The notes below the pieces were generated by a model, which saw only the letters and a program-made list of their open reading frames with translations, ran no database searches and was not told where the DNA came from. This document shows, one piece after another, positions 1 through 13,461 of a stretch of 64,000 bases of DNA. The first letter of the stretch is position 1; each line of letters opens with the position of its first letter. The position numbers were made by a program, and so were the translations under genes. Source of the stretch: Octopus sinensis (taxonomy: Eukaryota); NCBI RefSeq assembly GCF_006345805.1, contig NC_043001.1, forward strand, positions 100,626,001 through 100,690,000. The letters run 5' to 3'.

Positions 1-150
1 CCTTGGCACACAACAATGTCCTTCCCTTTGTCATCCAGCTGGGGACTGCTGCACCTTCCTGCAAGCACACATCTGGCTGTTGTGCTATCCTTTCATGGAG
101 CCTGCTCAGTTTCTTCACCCAAAAACCTTGGACTTCATCTGGCCTTAAGC
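1..150 (-). mobile_element. R4/Dong-clade non-LTR retrotransposon RT fragment
   Basis: Minus strand reads GPDEVQGFWVKKLSRLHERIAQQPDVCLQEGAAVPSWMTKGRTLLCA, resembling the R4/Dong RT N-terminal motifs (PGPDxxxGFWxKKL...WMTKGRT). Confidence 0.7.
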
Positions 151-460
151 TCTCCATCCACCATTCAAACAATATGGCCAGACCATCTCATTTGGTTTCT
201 CAGAATCATTGATTTAATTGAAGTGATGCCTGCAGATACAAAGACATCTGTGTCTGGAGTAAAAAAAAATCCCTATTTAATGGTTAAAATGCTGCGAGGA
301 CATTTTTGGTGGAATCGTTCTAATAGTTTGAAGTGTTTTTCATAGCACATCCATGTTTCAGAAGAATACAACAGGGATGGTAAGACAAACGATTTGTAAA
401 GAACCAATTTTGTGTTGTTATTTAGATGCTGTTGGTGCCAAACATGTGGCTCCAAACCAC
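150..460 (-). mobile_element. RTE-clade LINE, region C-terminal to RT (degraded)
   Basis: TKLVLYKSFVLPSLLYSSETW...LERFHQKCPRSILTIK and, further on, MILRNQMRWSGHIV; typical RTE C-terminal motifs with frameshifts. Confidence 0.85.
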
Positions 461-469
461 CAGATGCTT

Positions 470-1432
470 ATGCTGCCCTTTGAATTTGCAGATGCATTAC
501 TGTGTCCAGATTTCCATCATTTTGTACAGAGCTTCCAAAATAAATGGAAGATTCAACAGCTCCAAGAAGTCAGAATGGAGTACTGCACTTATTGCATGTG
601 AGCTTAAAAACTATTCCCTTGATATAGTTGCGCTCTCTTAAACATGTCTCTCTTGTGAGGGTCGAGTAAATGAACCTACTAATGAGTATACTATCTCCTG
701 GAGAGGTCTTATCTAAGGGTCAGCGTAGAGAATCTGGTGTTGGGTTTGCTCTCAAGAATTCATTAGTATCCTCCATTGTGGAATTTCCAAGTGGTTTATC
801 TAAATGGACCATGCCGTATTAAACTGACAAAAGGTAGGTCTCTTACCATTGTCAGTATTTATGCACCAACAATGTCCCATTCTGATGAAACTGTAAGGTA
901 GTTGGTAGTTCTATGACAATCTAGCACAATTATTGCAGAAAGTACCAATTTCTAACAAGCTGGTCATATTGGAAGATTTCAATGCAAGAGTTGGAAACGA
1001 CTACATTTCATGGCCCGTTTTAGGTCGACATGGAATTGGAAAATGTAATAAAAAAGGAGTAGTTTTTTGACATTTTGTACTGAGAACAATCTGTTCGCAC
1101 CCAACACATTGTTTAAGCAGAAAAATAAATATACAACCACCCAAGATCTAAGCACTGGCATCTCATAGATTATATTTTGATCAGAAAGTATGATATGAAA
1201 GATGTTTCTAGTGTTCGGGTCATGAGAGGAGCAGAGAGCTGGACTGGCCATTGCCTAGTGCATGGAAAAAGGAATCTTTCGATAATGCCTAAATGTCAAC
1301 AGTGTGGTCCTAAGGTATCGTAAAAGTTAAATGTTGCCAACTTGAAATTACCAAGCAATTTGCAAAGATTCCACAATGCTATAGAAAGTATCATTCTTGA
1401 TCCAAACAATCTATGGCAAGATTCCAAAACAG

Positions 1433-1435
<3 letters not shown>
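470..1435 (+). mobile_element. RTE-clade LINE APE endonuclease region (degraded)
   Basis: Frameshifted motifs DIVALS, ESGVGFA, SIYAPT, VILEDFNARVG, LGRHGIGKCN, NTLFKQK. Confidence 0.85.
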
Positions 1436-1437
<2 letters not shown>

Positions 1438-1477
<40 letters not shown>

Positions 1478-1608
1478 GTCTGTCTGTATATGTGTGTATG
1501 TGTGTGTGTGTGAGTGTGCATATATATGTATATATATATATGTGTGTGTGTATGTGTGTGTATACATACATACACACACATGCACACACACACACACACA
1601 CACACACA
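1438..1608. repeat. (TA)n/(TG)n/(CA)n compound microsatellite
   Basis: Directly visible dinucleotide tracts. Confidence 0.95.
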
Positions 1609-2236
1609 TCCCAGTTGTAACAGTTTATTCACCTATGCTGTCAGCTACTTAGTATGAATACTAAAGATTACCAGTGAGTGTTATGCAATCTCTGAAGATT
1701 TGACAGTGCAATCAGATAATATGATTATCCTTATGCAACAATCCATTATCTTATGGGAGTAATGCATTCTTGAAAATCTTGCAGTAACATGAAATCTTAT
1801 AACACAAAATTAATTTTCTTGCTGTTATGAAGTGAGATTGTCTTTTGATGGCTTTTTCAAGAACAACAACAACAACAGCAAAGCAAGTAATCCAACCGTT
1901 TACATGCATCAAAATAACAATTTCTAAACATTCACTGTATAATATGTATGCATAAACATATATTTCAAGGAATAAATTAAAATCACAATAAGGTACATTG
2001 CTACTCTGAAAAATGTTGACTACAGTGTGAAAGATGTTGAGGGAATGAGGATAATTGGGAAGATGGGGGACATCTTCTAACTTACAACAAAGAACTTATC
2101 CAAAATTCTCCCCCTGGAGTGTGAAACATACTCTGACGAGTTACAACAGTAATATACATTTTTAGGAAATTAAAAGCTATGGCTAGTCATAGAGTGACCA
2201 CTGGTTTTGCTACTACAAAGCACTTAGCAGTATATA

Positions 2237-3091
2237 CAGGGTGTGAGTGTAAATTGCCCCTATTTTATATTTTTAAATTCATGCATGCACATTGTTTGTT
2301 TTTGACTTTGTTGACTACACAGTATAGTAGGGTCCGTTGGGCACCATCTGTGAGAAAAACAGCACCATGACACAATTTACTCTGCCAGAAATTTGGAAAT
2401 GACATGTTGTACTGCTTGGCATTTGTGCTGGAAGCTCCAATATGAATATTTCAGAGTGTTTGGGTGTCAATCTGAGGACATGTACTGAGAGTGATAAAAA
2501 TCAAACATCCAGTCAACATCATGGTGTCTGGAGTGATCACTAGTAATGGTGACGTTATGCATCCATTCATCTTCCCACAAAGCCTTAAACTCAACATGGA
2601 GGCCTACATCAAGTGCCTAGAGGGAGTAGTGCTGCCCCAAGTCAAAAGGGTTGTTGCTGGAAGACCCTATGTCTGGCAACAGGACTCTGCACCATACCAC
2701 ACAAGCAGGAGAACCCAGTCATGGTTTTCGGACAATTTCTGTAACCACATCACCCTTAACATTTGGCCACCTAACTCCCGAGACTGTAACCCTCTTGATT
2801 ACTGTGTGGGGCACAGTTGAGTGAGAGACCAACAAAACTCCTTGTAACACCAAAGATGAAGTGAAGGCAAGGATTATGGCAGCATTCGCCAGCTTAAACA
2901 AGGAGACCGTCCAGAAGAATTGCAGAAGTTCTGAAGTCATCTGGAGGCTGTGGTTGAAGCCAATGGCAATTTTAATGAAAAAATTTACACTTTAGTATTT
3001 CAAGATATTTTTATATAATTTTGGTAAATATATCTGTTATTTCATTTTCATTTATGCATAATTTAAACTACAGTTTATTCACCGCACCCTG
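2237..3091 (+). mobile_element. maT/DD37D Tc1-mariner element, internally deleted
   Basis: TA|CAGGGTG ... CACCCTG|TA termini; QQD-SAPYHT...WPPNSRDCNPL-D has 37 residues between the two aspartates. Confidence 0.85.
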
Positions 3092-3681
3092 TATATAGGT
3101 AGATATAGATATACATACACCCCATGACAAAACATTAATTTAGTACAAAGACAACAGACCTGATATTGTTCTGTGGATCAGGAAACAAAAGTCATGCACC
3201 GTAGCAGAGGTCGGCTGTCCAGCGGATGTGAATATACAATCAAAAGAATATTTATGGTGAATTAATGCAGAACTTACAGCTCTCATACCCTGACAATGAA
3301 TTCTCATTTTCATTCATCACCATATGTGCATGAAGGTTATGTACCAATAAATTTTCAGGAAAACCTAGGAATACTTGGTTTTACAGAGAAAGAGCAAAAG
3401 AAAATGATGTGGTTTCTCCGAATCTAATCTATTTTTGGCACAGAGAAGATATCTAAGGCATTCCAAAAATTCTCCATCTGAGATTCTGTGAATAGATGCA
3501 CACACTTGGATGTATGCATCATCAGTTCAACCAAAGCACCAACACAACCTCATCTTTACAAACAACGGGAACTCTCTTAACTCAAAGAGTTTTGCCACTT
3601 TGTTAGTGTCCAGCATGAACTCTCCCAAGAACTTCAAGAAACTCAAAGCAGAAAGAAAATCATACAAGCATACATACATAT

Positions 3682-3746
<65 letters not shown>

Positions 3747-3799
3747 GATGTTGATGCTGCTGCTGCTGATGATGATGATGATGAATATCCTGAAATGCT

Positions 3800-3942
3800 G
3801 AACAGTTTCCATCAACCAAATTCTACTCACCGACACTGGTCAACCTGATGCTGCAAAAGAAAAAACTTGCTCAAGGGAAAATGTAATGGGATTGAACCGG
3901 GAACCATGTTGTTGAGAAGCAAATCTTCCAACTATGCAGCCA
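3800..3942 (-). mobile_element. SINE family A head (tRNA-like + CORE-like), degraded
   Basis: Reverse complement resembles the head of the copies at 33179 and 44403 (GGTTCCCGGTTCAATCCC...CTTGAGCAAGT). Confidence 0.55.
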
Positions 3943-4429
3943 GAGTGACCCCTTTGTTGGTTTTGGCCCCGGTCTACTTTATCTGATATGCCTTCTTGTT
4001 TTATTAAGATGAGAGGAAAATGTAGCTACTGACTTTAGCAGGTCAACTGATCGAAAGGATGCTCCCACATTGGAACACTTAAACAGCAGTGTAGATCAAA
4101 TATCAATAGAGATCATATTTTTGTGCTGATCAAATATTAGAGCTACTCCATTCCCTGCGTAATTTGGTCTTGAGACTAATCAAAGAAAATCAATATTAAT
4201 TGGCACAAAAATATTAGCTATTTAATTGACTTAATTATGAGTATATAAATATGTGTGCATGTGTGTGTGTGAGTGTTTGTGTGTATGTGTGTGTGTATGA
4301 CGAACGTTGGTTGGTGAATACACATGGATGCAGGTAGAATGTAAACATACAACCATAAGCATACTAATGCACAGATGTAGGTTTCTTTATATAAGCACAT
4401 CTCATTACATTCATAAGCATATACACATG

Positions 4430-4461
4430 TATAATCTTTCATACATATTGTACATACATAG

Positions 4462-4533
<72 letters not shown>

Positions 4534-4609
4534 TATATACATACATATATATATATATACATATATATATGCGTATATTTATATATGTATATACTAGTAT
4601 GAGTGTGCC

Positions 4610-4654
<45 letters not shown>

Positions 4655-4655
4655 A

Positions 4656-4689
<34 letters not shown>

Positions 4690-4745
4690 CCTATCTATCT
4701 ATCTATCTATATAAACATATATATATGTATGTATGTATGTATAAA
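4430..4745. repeat. (TA)n/(TATC)n/(TATG)n microsatellite
   Basis: Directly visible. Confidence 0.95.
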
Positions 4746-5024
4746 ACTATAATTAAGGGTATTTAAGAGACACCAACCATGCTAGATGTAGCATCCAAAA
4801 CTGGCCACCTGGTAAGATTGGTAATTTAAATAACGATCTTATCCTTATATATATATAAACGATGATGATCATGATGATGATGGTGTATATGACTATGAAT
4901 CACCATCACCATCATTAGCAGGAGGTATATGTGAAAATGTGAGTGAAAGAGACAGAAAATATATGTTTGTGCATGTGAGGGTGTGAGTGTGTTGGTGTCT
5001 GTGTGCATATGTCTGTGTGTTTGC

Positions 5025-5027
<3 letters not shown>

Positions 5028-5118
<91 letters not shown>

Positions 5119-5123
5119 CATCA

Positions 5124-5161
<38 letters not shown>

Positions 5162-5383
5162 CGTGGAGTGGTTGGCGTTAGGAAGGGCATCCAGCTGTAG
5201 AAACTCTGCCAGATCAGACTGGAGCCTGGTGCAGCCCCCGGCTTCCCAGAACCTGGTCGAACCGTCCAACCCATGCTAGCACGGAAAACGGACGTTAAAC
5301 GATGATGATGATGATGATGATGATTATAATTATTATTATTATTGTCATCATCACTATTATTATTATTATTATTATTATCATCA

Positions 5384-5423
<40 letters not shown>

Positions 5424-5490
5424 TATTACTATCATCAACATTATCATCATCATCATCATCATCATCACCATCATCATTATTATTATTAAT
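5028..5490. repeat. (TTA)n/(CAT)n microsatellite interrupted by a LINE 3' end
   Basis: Directly visible; source of the poly-I/poly-N ORFs. Confidence 0.95.
5161..5322 (+). mobile_element. RTE-type LINE 3' end with (ATG)n tail
   Basis: GGAGTGGTTGGCGTTAGGAAGGGCATCCAGCTGTAGAAAC...GGACGTTAAACGATGATG, shared with the longer copies at 26190 and 56645. Confidence 0.85.
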
Positions 5491-5814
5491 TTCCTGATCA
5501 TTCCTGTCCTCCCACCTAGATTTAAGTGTAAAATGACAGAATATTCCTGCAAAATTCATTATCAGTGATTCACTTATCTAAAACTGCTCGGTTTTTACTC
5601 TCAATTCCTCTCCGAAACGGTTTTTTTTTGTCTTTCGCTTCCACCCTCACCCCCACCCTCACCTCTTCTCGCTCCACATCTTGTAATCTCGATGCTCCAT
5701 AACGACTAATATTTTACTATTAGTTTCCTTGTTGTGAGATTATCCCTCTAGCATGACTCATTCCAATATCTGGGTACTTCCTCAGCTTCTTGGCTAATTC
5801 CAAGCTTTCCTTCT

Positions 5815-6370
5815 TTCTGTCTTATTTTCTTTCCCTTTCACTTTGCGCTTTGCTCTCCTCTTTCTCTCTTTTCCTGTCTTTCTCATTCCTTGCTCTCTCC
5901 CCTTCTCACACTCTCTCTCTCTCTCTCCTTATCTCTTTCTTTCTTTCTTTCTTTCTTATTTTCTTTCCATTTCACTTACTTTGTGCTCTGCTCTCCTTTT
6001 TCTCTCTTTTCTTTTCTTCTCATTCCTTGCTTCCTTCCCTTCTCACATTCTCTCTCTCTCTCCTTATCTCTTTCTTTCTTTCTTTCTTATTTTCTTTCCA
6101 TTTCACTTACTTTGTGCTTTGCTCTCCTCTTTCTCTCTCCTTATCTCTTTCTTTCTTTCTTTCTTATTTTCTTTCCATTTCACTTACTTTGTGCTTTGCT
6201 CTCCTCTTTCTCTCTCCTTATCTCTTTCTTTCTTTCTTTCTTATTTTCTTTCCATTTCACTTACTTTGTGTTCTGCTCTCCTCTTTCTCTCTTTTCCCTT
6301 TCTTCTCATTCCTTGCTTCCTTCCCTTCTCACACTCTCCTTCCATATCTCTTTCTGTTCTTTCTTCGTTT
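5815..6370. repeat. Pyrimidine-rich minisatellite, 77-bp and about 131-bp units
   Basis: TCTTATTTTCTTTCC(A/C)TTTCACTT recurs at about 5820, 5954, 6085, 6162 and 6239. Confidence 0.9.
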
Positions 6371-7316
6371 TCTATCTTTCATACTTAATTATCCCTGTTT
6401 TTCATCTTCATTTGTCAGAAAAGTCATGTGTGAGACGAGATGAAGTTTACTGCAGTCTTCAACTAACTAATGTAACACCGAATTATTACATGACGAGGAT
6501 TAGCAGGAACAACAGCAGTGGGGGGAGGTGAGTACAGGGGTGGGGGGAGGTGTGCAGCAAGAGGGAAAGAACAACAACAACAGAAAATGTCATGTTTTCT
6601 TTAATTCCGTTGTATTTAGTTTAGTGATATAACATCTGACTACACAATGTTGCTGTATTTGTTATTACATCTCTAATCCCGGTTCCCTCTTTGAATCCAA
6701 AGGATTCCATCATTTGGAGAAGAGGAAAACTAGATGTGATGTGCAAGGCATATTGGCTACTCAATTTAAATAATGTGATGGCTTTTTCCAGAATAATTAT
6801 AACTAAATCAGGATTTCAAGAATGAAGAAAAGAACCTAACCAGTCTTATGGAATATTTTCTGAAATATATAAATTGATACATGGAATTACATGGAAGATG
6901 AGCTCAGCAGATATAACAAGCATTGAATAGAGTGCTTGTTCTCAACAATGAGTTAACAGGAGCTAGAAGTAGCAGCTAACTCGTTCTCCAGTTATACACT
7001 CTGCTTTCTTGATAAAAAAAAGCTTTAATATATACATTGCATAATATAGTCATAAATGAAAAATTAGAAAAGCCAGATACAAGATAAGCCTCAATCATGG
7101 ATTTGTTGACTAAGAGTTGACCTTAAACTTTTGCCCTTAACTCATAGTTTCATTAGTGTAACATATTTGATGCAAGAAACATTAAATACTTAATTAGAAA
7201 TAATTATACAGCGAAGAAAAAAAATAGTATAAGTCATTGATTAACATTATTTTAATTATTCCAGAAAGCATGAAAGACAAATTTGTTTATGTTTCCATGA
7301 ATATATGCTTCAATTA

Positions 7317-7535
7317 AGATAGCCAACTGGCAGAATCATTGCCATGCCAGGCAAAATGCTTAGCAGCATTCCGCCTGTCTTTATGTTCTGAGTTCAAATT
7401 CTGCAGGGGTCAAATTTACCTTTTATCTTTTCAGGGTCGATAAAATAAGTATCAGCTGAACATGGGGGTTGATGTACTCGACTTAGCCCCTCCTCCAAAA
7501 CTGCTGGCCTTGTGCTAAAATTTGAAACCCATCAA
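7317..7535 (+). mobile_element. SINE family B (tRNA head + Deu/Nin-like domain), degraded
   Basis: TTCTGAGTTCAAATTC...CTTTTCAGGGTCGATAAAATAAGTATCAG. Confidence 0.7.
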
Positions 7536-7994
7536 TTGCTTCAATTCCTCATCATCGTCATCGTTCTCATCAGCATCATTCAATATCTGTTGTTCATTCT
7601 GTCATGGGTTAGATTATGAAGCTAAGGTTTGTGCCACCTGAGATGATTGTTGAGACCCCTGCCACCCAATCCTGAACTGAAATTATGTCATGTATGAAGT
7701 GCTGCTCCCAAAACACTCCACCTGAAGTGAAGCACCTTCTCACAGCATTGTAGCTATGATTGACACCTCTCACTTGCTATGAATGATGTCTTTGAATTCT
7801 AACATTAAAAGAAAATCCAACTTTACCCCTACAAATAAAAGGAAGGTTTGCAGGTGAATTAAGGGACTGTTCATAACTTAAGTGAATTCAAAATCCTAAT
7901 CTTTATCCTGCAACGGAACTAACAATAATTATTCTTACAGTTTAATTATTACTAAGCACAATTAAAAAGTACTTTTGAATCGTTGGGTGACATG

Positions 7995-8428
7995 CCAAGC
8001 TTGAGGAAGACCTATTGAGTCAAGTAAAATCAAAATCAAATCAAATCACAATCAAATGGAAATTGTAGTTGTGGTTGATGCCAGTGCTGCCTGACTGGCT
8101 CCTGTGCTTGTGGCACGCAATAAGCACCATTCATGCATGAGTCATTGCTAGTGTTGCCTAACTGGCTCCCTATGCCAATGGCACATAAAAAGCACCATCC
8201 GAACATGGTCGATGCCAGTGCCACCTGACTGGCTACTGTGGCGGTGGCAAGTAAAAAGCACCCACTACACTCTCGGAGTGGTTGGCATTAGGAAGGGCAT
8301 CCATCTGTAGAAACTTTGTCAGATCAGACTGGAGCCTGGTGCAGCATCCTGGCTTGCCAGTCCTCTGTCAAACCATCCAACCCATGCCAGCATGGAAAAC
8401 GGATGTTAAACGATGATGATGATGATGA
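7995..8428 (+). mobile_element. RTE-type LINE 3' UTR with (ATG)n tail
   Basis: Same 3' end as the other copies. Confidence 0.85.
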
Positions 8429-8457
8429 TCATGATTATATCAATATTTCAATCTTGC

Positions 8458-8645
8458 TGAGGATGGTGATCTGTCGGAACTGTTAGCACACAGGGCAAAA
8501 TACTCAGCAGTATTTCATGTCTTCAGGTTCTGAGTTCAAATTCTGCTGAGGCCAACTTTGCCTTTCATCCTTTTGGGGGTTGACCAAATAAGTACCAGTC
8601 TAATACTGGGGTTGATATTATCAACTTACTCCTCCCCCGAAAATG
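8458..8645 (+). mobile_element. SINE family B, degraded
   Basis: GTTCTGAGTTCAAATTC...GCCTTTCATCCTTTTGGGGGTTGACCAAATAAGTACCAG. Confidence 0.7.
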
Positions 8646-9264
8646 AATGCAATATTTCAATGTTGCCAAACCAGTATCATTTGGCTTGAACCATAATCTC
8701 GGTACCATTTCAAACTGTTTGTTATGCAATTAGGTACATTTAGATCAGAAGAGTTGAAGCGCACAGCATTACCAAAGGCCTAATATATTAACAAAGCTGA
8801 CTTAAAAACTCACAAAGCATCAGTCTGCTAGTTTTTTTTACCACTCCTGATATATTTGATGCCATGAATAAAATCTGTGAAATGAAGTCTATATATTCCC
8901 ACTTGTGGATTCGTCAGCCAAAAGTGGCAACTTCAACTGGTGTAATGAGAATTGGAGAATATAAAAACACATGAGATTGTTAAAATGAAGAGAAAAGAAT
9001 TTCGGAATGTTGCCAAATCATCAAGACTCAAGGGCACAAAGAATCTATTTAAGAAAATCTTATTTCCAAAGAGAATACAAACATTTCTCAAGAATTTCTT
9101 TAAACTCCAAATTGATTGTCAATATAAATAAAATTCATTGTTGAGAAGAAAGACATGCTTGAATTGTGCATGAAATAAAAAGAATTTTTGATAGAATAGA
9201 ATGGAATTTTAGAGAAGTTGCTGAAGCAAGTAACTCTCTAGAAACGGTAAAATATTCCACTTTC

Positions 9265-9318
<54 letters not shown>

Positions 9319-9389
9319 TGTATTTTCCATTATTGTGTGTGAATGTGTGGGTGTGGCTGCATGAGTAACTTTCCATTTATGTATTGCTA

Positions 9390-9517
9390 TTATTGTGTGT
9401 GTGTATATGTGTGCAAGTGTATGTTGCATGTATGTATGTGAATCTGCAAGTGTGTCAGTGTGTCTGTATATATATATATATATATACACACATACATACA
9501 CACACACACACACACAC

Positions 9518-9570
<53 letters not shown>

Positions 9571-9606
9571 GTACATACATATATATATATATATATATAC
9601 ATGCAA

Positions 9607-9637
<31 letters not shown>

Positions 9638-9722
9638 AATATATATATATATGTATGTATATTCATGCATATATATGTGTGTGTATATATGCATACATAC
9701 ATCCATGTGTGTGAGTGTGTGT
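9390..9722. repeat. (TA)n/(CA)n/(TG)n microsatellite
   Basis: Directly visible. Confidence 0.95.
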
Positions 9723-10285
9723 GACTTTCAGTAAAAAAAAGAAAAAAAAACAATATAGATACAAAAGAATTTATTGATGACAAAGAATGGTGAATCCTTG
9801 AAACTGAAGTAACCTTGGCAATGCCTGAAACAGCTTTGATAACAGAACAAGTAAAGAATGAAAACGACCTTGATGGGAAAAAAGCCATTTAAGAATTGCG
9901 AAGTAAATGTTGGAGGCAGCATAACAGGAGATTGAGCCTTGGGGAAGAAGTGATGAAATATTTAAGAGAATCAAGCTGTCTCCTCACTAGCACTCTTGGA
10001 GATAGGAGACAATCAATGATAGGAGTTAAGTGTTAGGAATGGCATTCTAAGCTATGAGGTAAGAATTAATGAATCCTGAAAAAGAAAAAAAAAAAAAGAA
10101 ATCAATCCAAACAAAGAACCTTGAAATATTTCATTCCCATTTCTGCTTCTGCACCAGATAAACCTATTTGGTAACGGTGAGCATAAATTCTATTTCACAG
10201 ACACAAAAGTCAATTTTTTTATGTAATATATATGGATATTTTGTATATATATTATGTAAGTGATATTGATGGTATTTTGTACAAT

Positions 10286-10340
<55 letters not shown>

Positions 10341-10429
10341 ATCTGTCTGTCTGTCTGTCTGTTTATCAATCAATCTGTCTGTCTGTCTATCTGTGTATCT
10401 ATCTATCAATCTATCTGTCTGTCTGTCTG

Positions 10430-10460
<31 letters not shown>

Positions 10461-10642
10461 ATCTATCTATCTCACTATCTATCTATCTGTCTGTATGTCT
10501 GTCTGTATATGTATCTATATATCTGTCTGTCTGTGTATTTATCTATCGATCAATCTATCTGTCTGTCTGTCTATCTGTCTCTCTCGCTCTATCTATCTAT
10601 CTCTCTCACTATCTATCTATCTGTCTGTCTGTCTCTCACTCA

Positions 10643-10674
<32 letters not shown>

Positions 10675-10720
10675 GTCTGCCTACCTACCTATCTATACAT
10701 TCATGTGTGTGTGTGTGTCT
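10286..10720. repeat. (TCTA)n/(TCTG)n compound microsatellite
   Basis: Directly visible. Confidence 0.95.
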
Positions 10721-10734
10721 TTACTCTCCATCTT

Positions 10735-10915
10735 TTACATCTTTCAGTCACATGACTCTGCTGCCAGAAGAATTTTAGTCGAACGAATTGAGCCCAGAAC
10801 TTATTTTATCAGTCTTGTTTGCTGAATCGCCAAGTTATGTAAACACACCAACACCAGTTGTCAAATGATAGTGGGGGAGATGGGGTCAAACACAGACACA
10901 AAGACACACACACAC
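10735..10915 (-). mobile_element. SINE family A, 3' half
   Basis: TCTTTCAGTCACATGACT...AAACACACCAACACCAGTTGTCAA matches the family A tail in reverse. Confidence 0.6.
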
Positions 10916-11518
10916 ATAGAGGTATCTATATTATAATGGAGAAAGCTGCTTATTAATTAAGCATGTAATAAAATCCAAATAAGTATGTAACAATTACCAA
11001 AAGAAAGCAATTATTAAAGGGTTGACTGTCTGGAAATATTTTTATAAATTCATGTTCTAAGAAGTTTCCTATAATTTCAATTTCTCAAGCTTATTGAATT
11101 TTTTAACTCCCATTTTTAGCAAATTTAAATATTCACTGCGTCCAGTTCTTCATGAATTTGAATATTCATTGCATTCACTGCGAAGAATTCCATTTGCATT
11201 TGCAAAGTCTCTCACTTTGTCTTTTAAGTTTTAACTCGTTATTAATGTATACTTAATGTAAAAACATTATTTATTGAATGGAAATTTTTTAAATACCCGT
11301 ATAATTTTCGAATGCGGGATAGGTGTGAGAAGAGCCTAGAAAGTTGGGTAGTTACTATTTGAAGACGAGGAGGAAAAACACAAAATTTATCAACAAGTAA
11401 TCGAAACTGGCACCTTATTCACAAATTCCAAACACAATTTCAACAGTGTCACACACACGTACACGCACACACACACACACATACATAGATCCACATACAC
11501 ACAAATGAAAAGCAATGA

Positions 11519-11561
<43 letters not shown>

Positions 11562-13092
11562 TCACTCACAAAACTTCGTGCTGCATCCCTTTTGTGAAAT
11601 TTTGTCAGGGAACAGGTCACGGTTTCAAAGCAAAGAAAATATTTTGACAGAAATGAAGTTTTAATGTTGAAGTGAAACTAACGGTATTTGTGTGTTCTTG
11701 AATGGTTTATAAACATCTTCCACGTTGCAACTGTTTTTGTTTCAGCTCACGATCTCAGATCAAGTCACTTACTATGCAAGTACATCTCCGTAATTTTTTT
11801 AAGCCACTGTGGATAATTGCCAGCAATGACCTTCTCAGGCTCTCCAGCATTTTAATTTCTAAACAGAAACAACCGGGGGCAGGGAGTGGGGTTGCAAAAA
11901 AGTCATAATTTCTCAAATTTCCCTTTTTATAGCATATAAATGTATTTAAGGGGAAAAAATATTGAAAAACATCAATAGATGTGAGAGTGATAAAGAAACG
12001 AGGAGGGTTGTCTTTGGATGTACTAGAAACAACAGTTAAATCGCCCCTAAATCATTTTCCCTCTGAAAGCATTAACCATTTAAATTTTTTTTTACCAAAA
12101 ATGCTCTTCCCATGGTTTTGAAGGGCAAAAAAAAAATTGGCCAAAGTAGATCCAGAGTGGGATGATGAGGGAGTGGGGTGAAAAAGAAAAGAGTTTTCAA
12201 ACTTTTTCATACAAAGACCTCACCCACCCACCCACCCACCCCCACCAATCCCATCATTTCGAAGGCTGTGGTTAAAAAAAAATGGGGAAAATCTCCAAAA
12301 ATATTTTCCCCACAAATTTCTTTATAATCGTAATCTATGGGTTTGAAAGGGATTTGCATAAATTTTCATTAAAAGATACCCATATTCCTGAAAGTTATGA
12401 AGGGAAAAATGTCAGATCGTGTGAATTTTCCAAAACTCTTCTCGCCACCCCCTCTGAGCCTTGTGAAGCCTGGTTAGAACCACAGCTCTAAATGACTTTC
12501 ACTTTGCTGCTTTTGAGATTATATAATACAGATTTATTGGGAAGAGTACAGCTGATTACATATCAAATTCTGTACTTGAATTGTACTTTGCTTTATAGTA
12601 TTCTACGATAGTAGTTCTTTGTGTGTGAAGATCACGAAGAAGAGTGATCATCTATAGATGGCAGTGAGGCTGTAATTACCAATATCCTCTAATGGTTATC
12701 GTTTTTGTTTCTTTTCCATTATTATAAAGCTTTCCTTCCTGCTCACACTTAGCAGCTATAAAGTGAGAGTCAGTCTGTACAACCTGGTCTGACTCCTTAG
12801 ACTTGGAGGTCTGACCACATGGCTCAGGGGGGCTAAGACAGCTGCAGTGACCAGCCTTCCAGTAGGTTTTACATTGGAACGGTCTTCTCCTAGGGGAATT
12901 GCTTTACTGGTCTGGAGAGCTCCATCTACCTTGGAGTCACAGGAAGGGTGTCAAAGAAAGAACTGGATTGCCTGAGGGACCCCACTTAATAATTTGCTTT
13001 TGGGATTGATTCCACTTGGCCCTTCTTTTCCAAAGGCACTCATAACACATTAAAGGTTTGTGCATCATCATTTATGCTATGTTTATAGTTTA

Positions 13093-13461
13093 CTAGCACT
13101 ATGACCCGGCAGCACCGGGTCATAGTGCTACTGGATGCATATACAGCTGCGTGCACGTGCACATACACGCGAGTACCATCCAAATCTCCAACCAATCACA
13201 TACAACTAGCTGGCATTCAATTGGCGTATCAAGTTTCGAGCATTTTGATTGGGATTTGGATAGAAAATTCACAAAAAAGTCACTTCTATTGATTTTTAAT
13301 GGCTTTGCGAGATGACTAGGGAAATGTAAAGATGTGCACGACCACCCTTGGACGGTTTTGAATGACCATAGAAAGTGTGAGCCCTATAACTGAAAAATTG
13401 TGGATTTGTATAAAGGCCACACACACACAGACAGACATTTTGCCATTTATATATATATAGA
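13093..13461 (-). mobile_element. Non-autonomous Helitron (369 bp)
   Basis: Minus strand starts A|TCTATATATATATAAATGG and ends with a perfect 16-bp hairpin (TAGCACTATGACCCGG/CCGGGTCATAGTGCTA) and CTAG|T; A|T insertion site, no TSD. Confidence 0.85.

Noticed and set aside
4826-6531. Long ORFs with poly-N, poly-I, poly-L or SLSL content (also at 9.3, 10.2, 16.1, 30.8 and 37.8 kb)
   Set aside because: They are translations of microsatellites and minisatellites.
10920-11700. Possible pogo/Tigger or Helitron-like remnant
   Set aside because: No matching termini or convincing protein motif could be defined.
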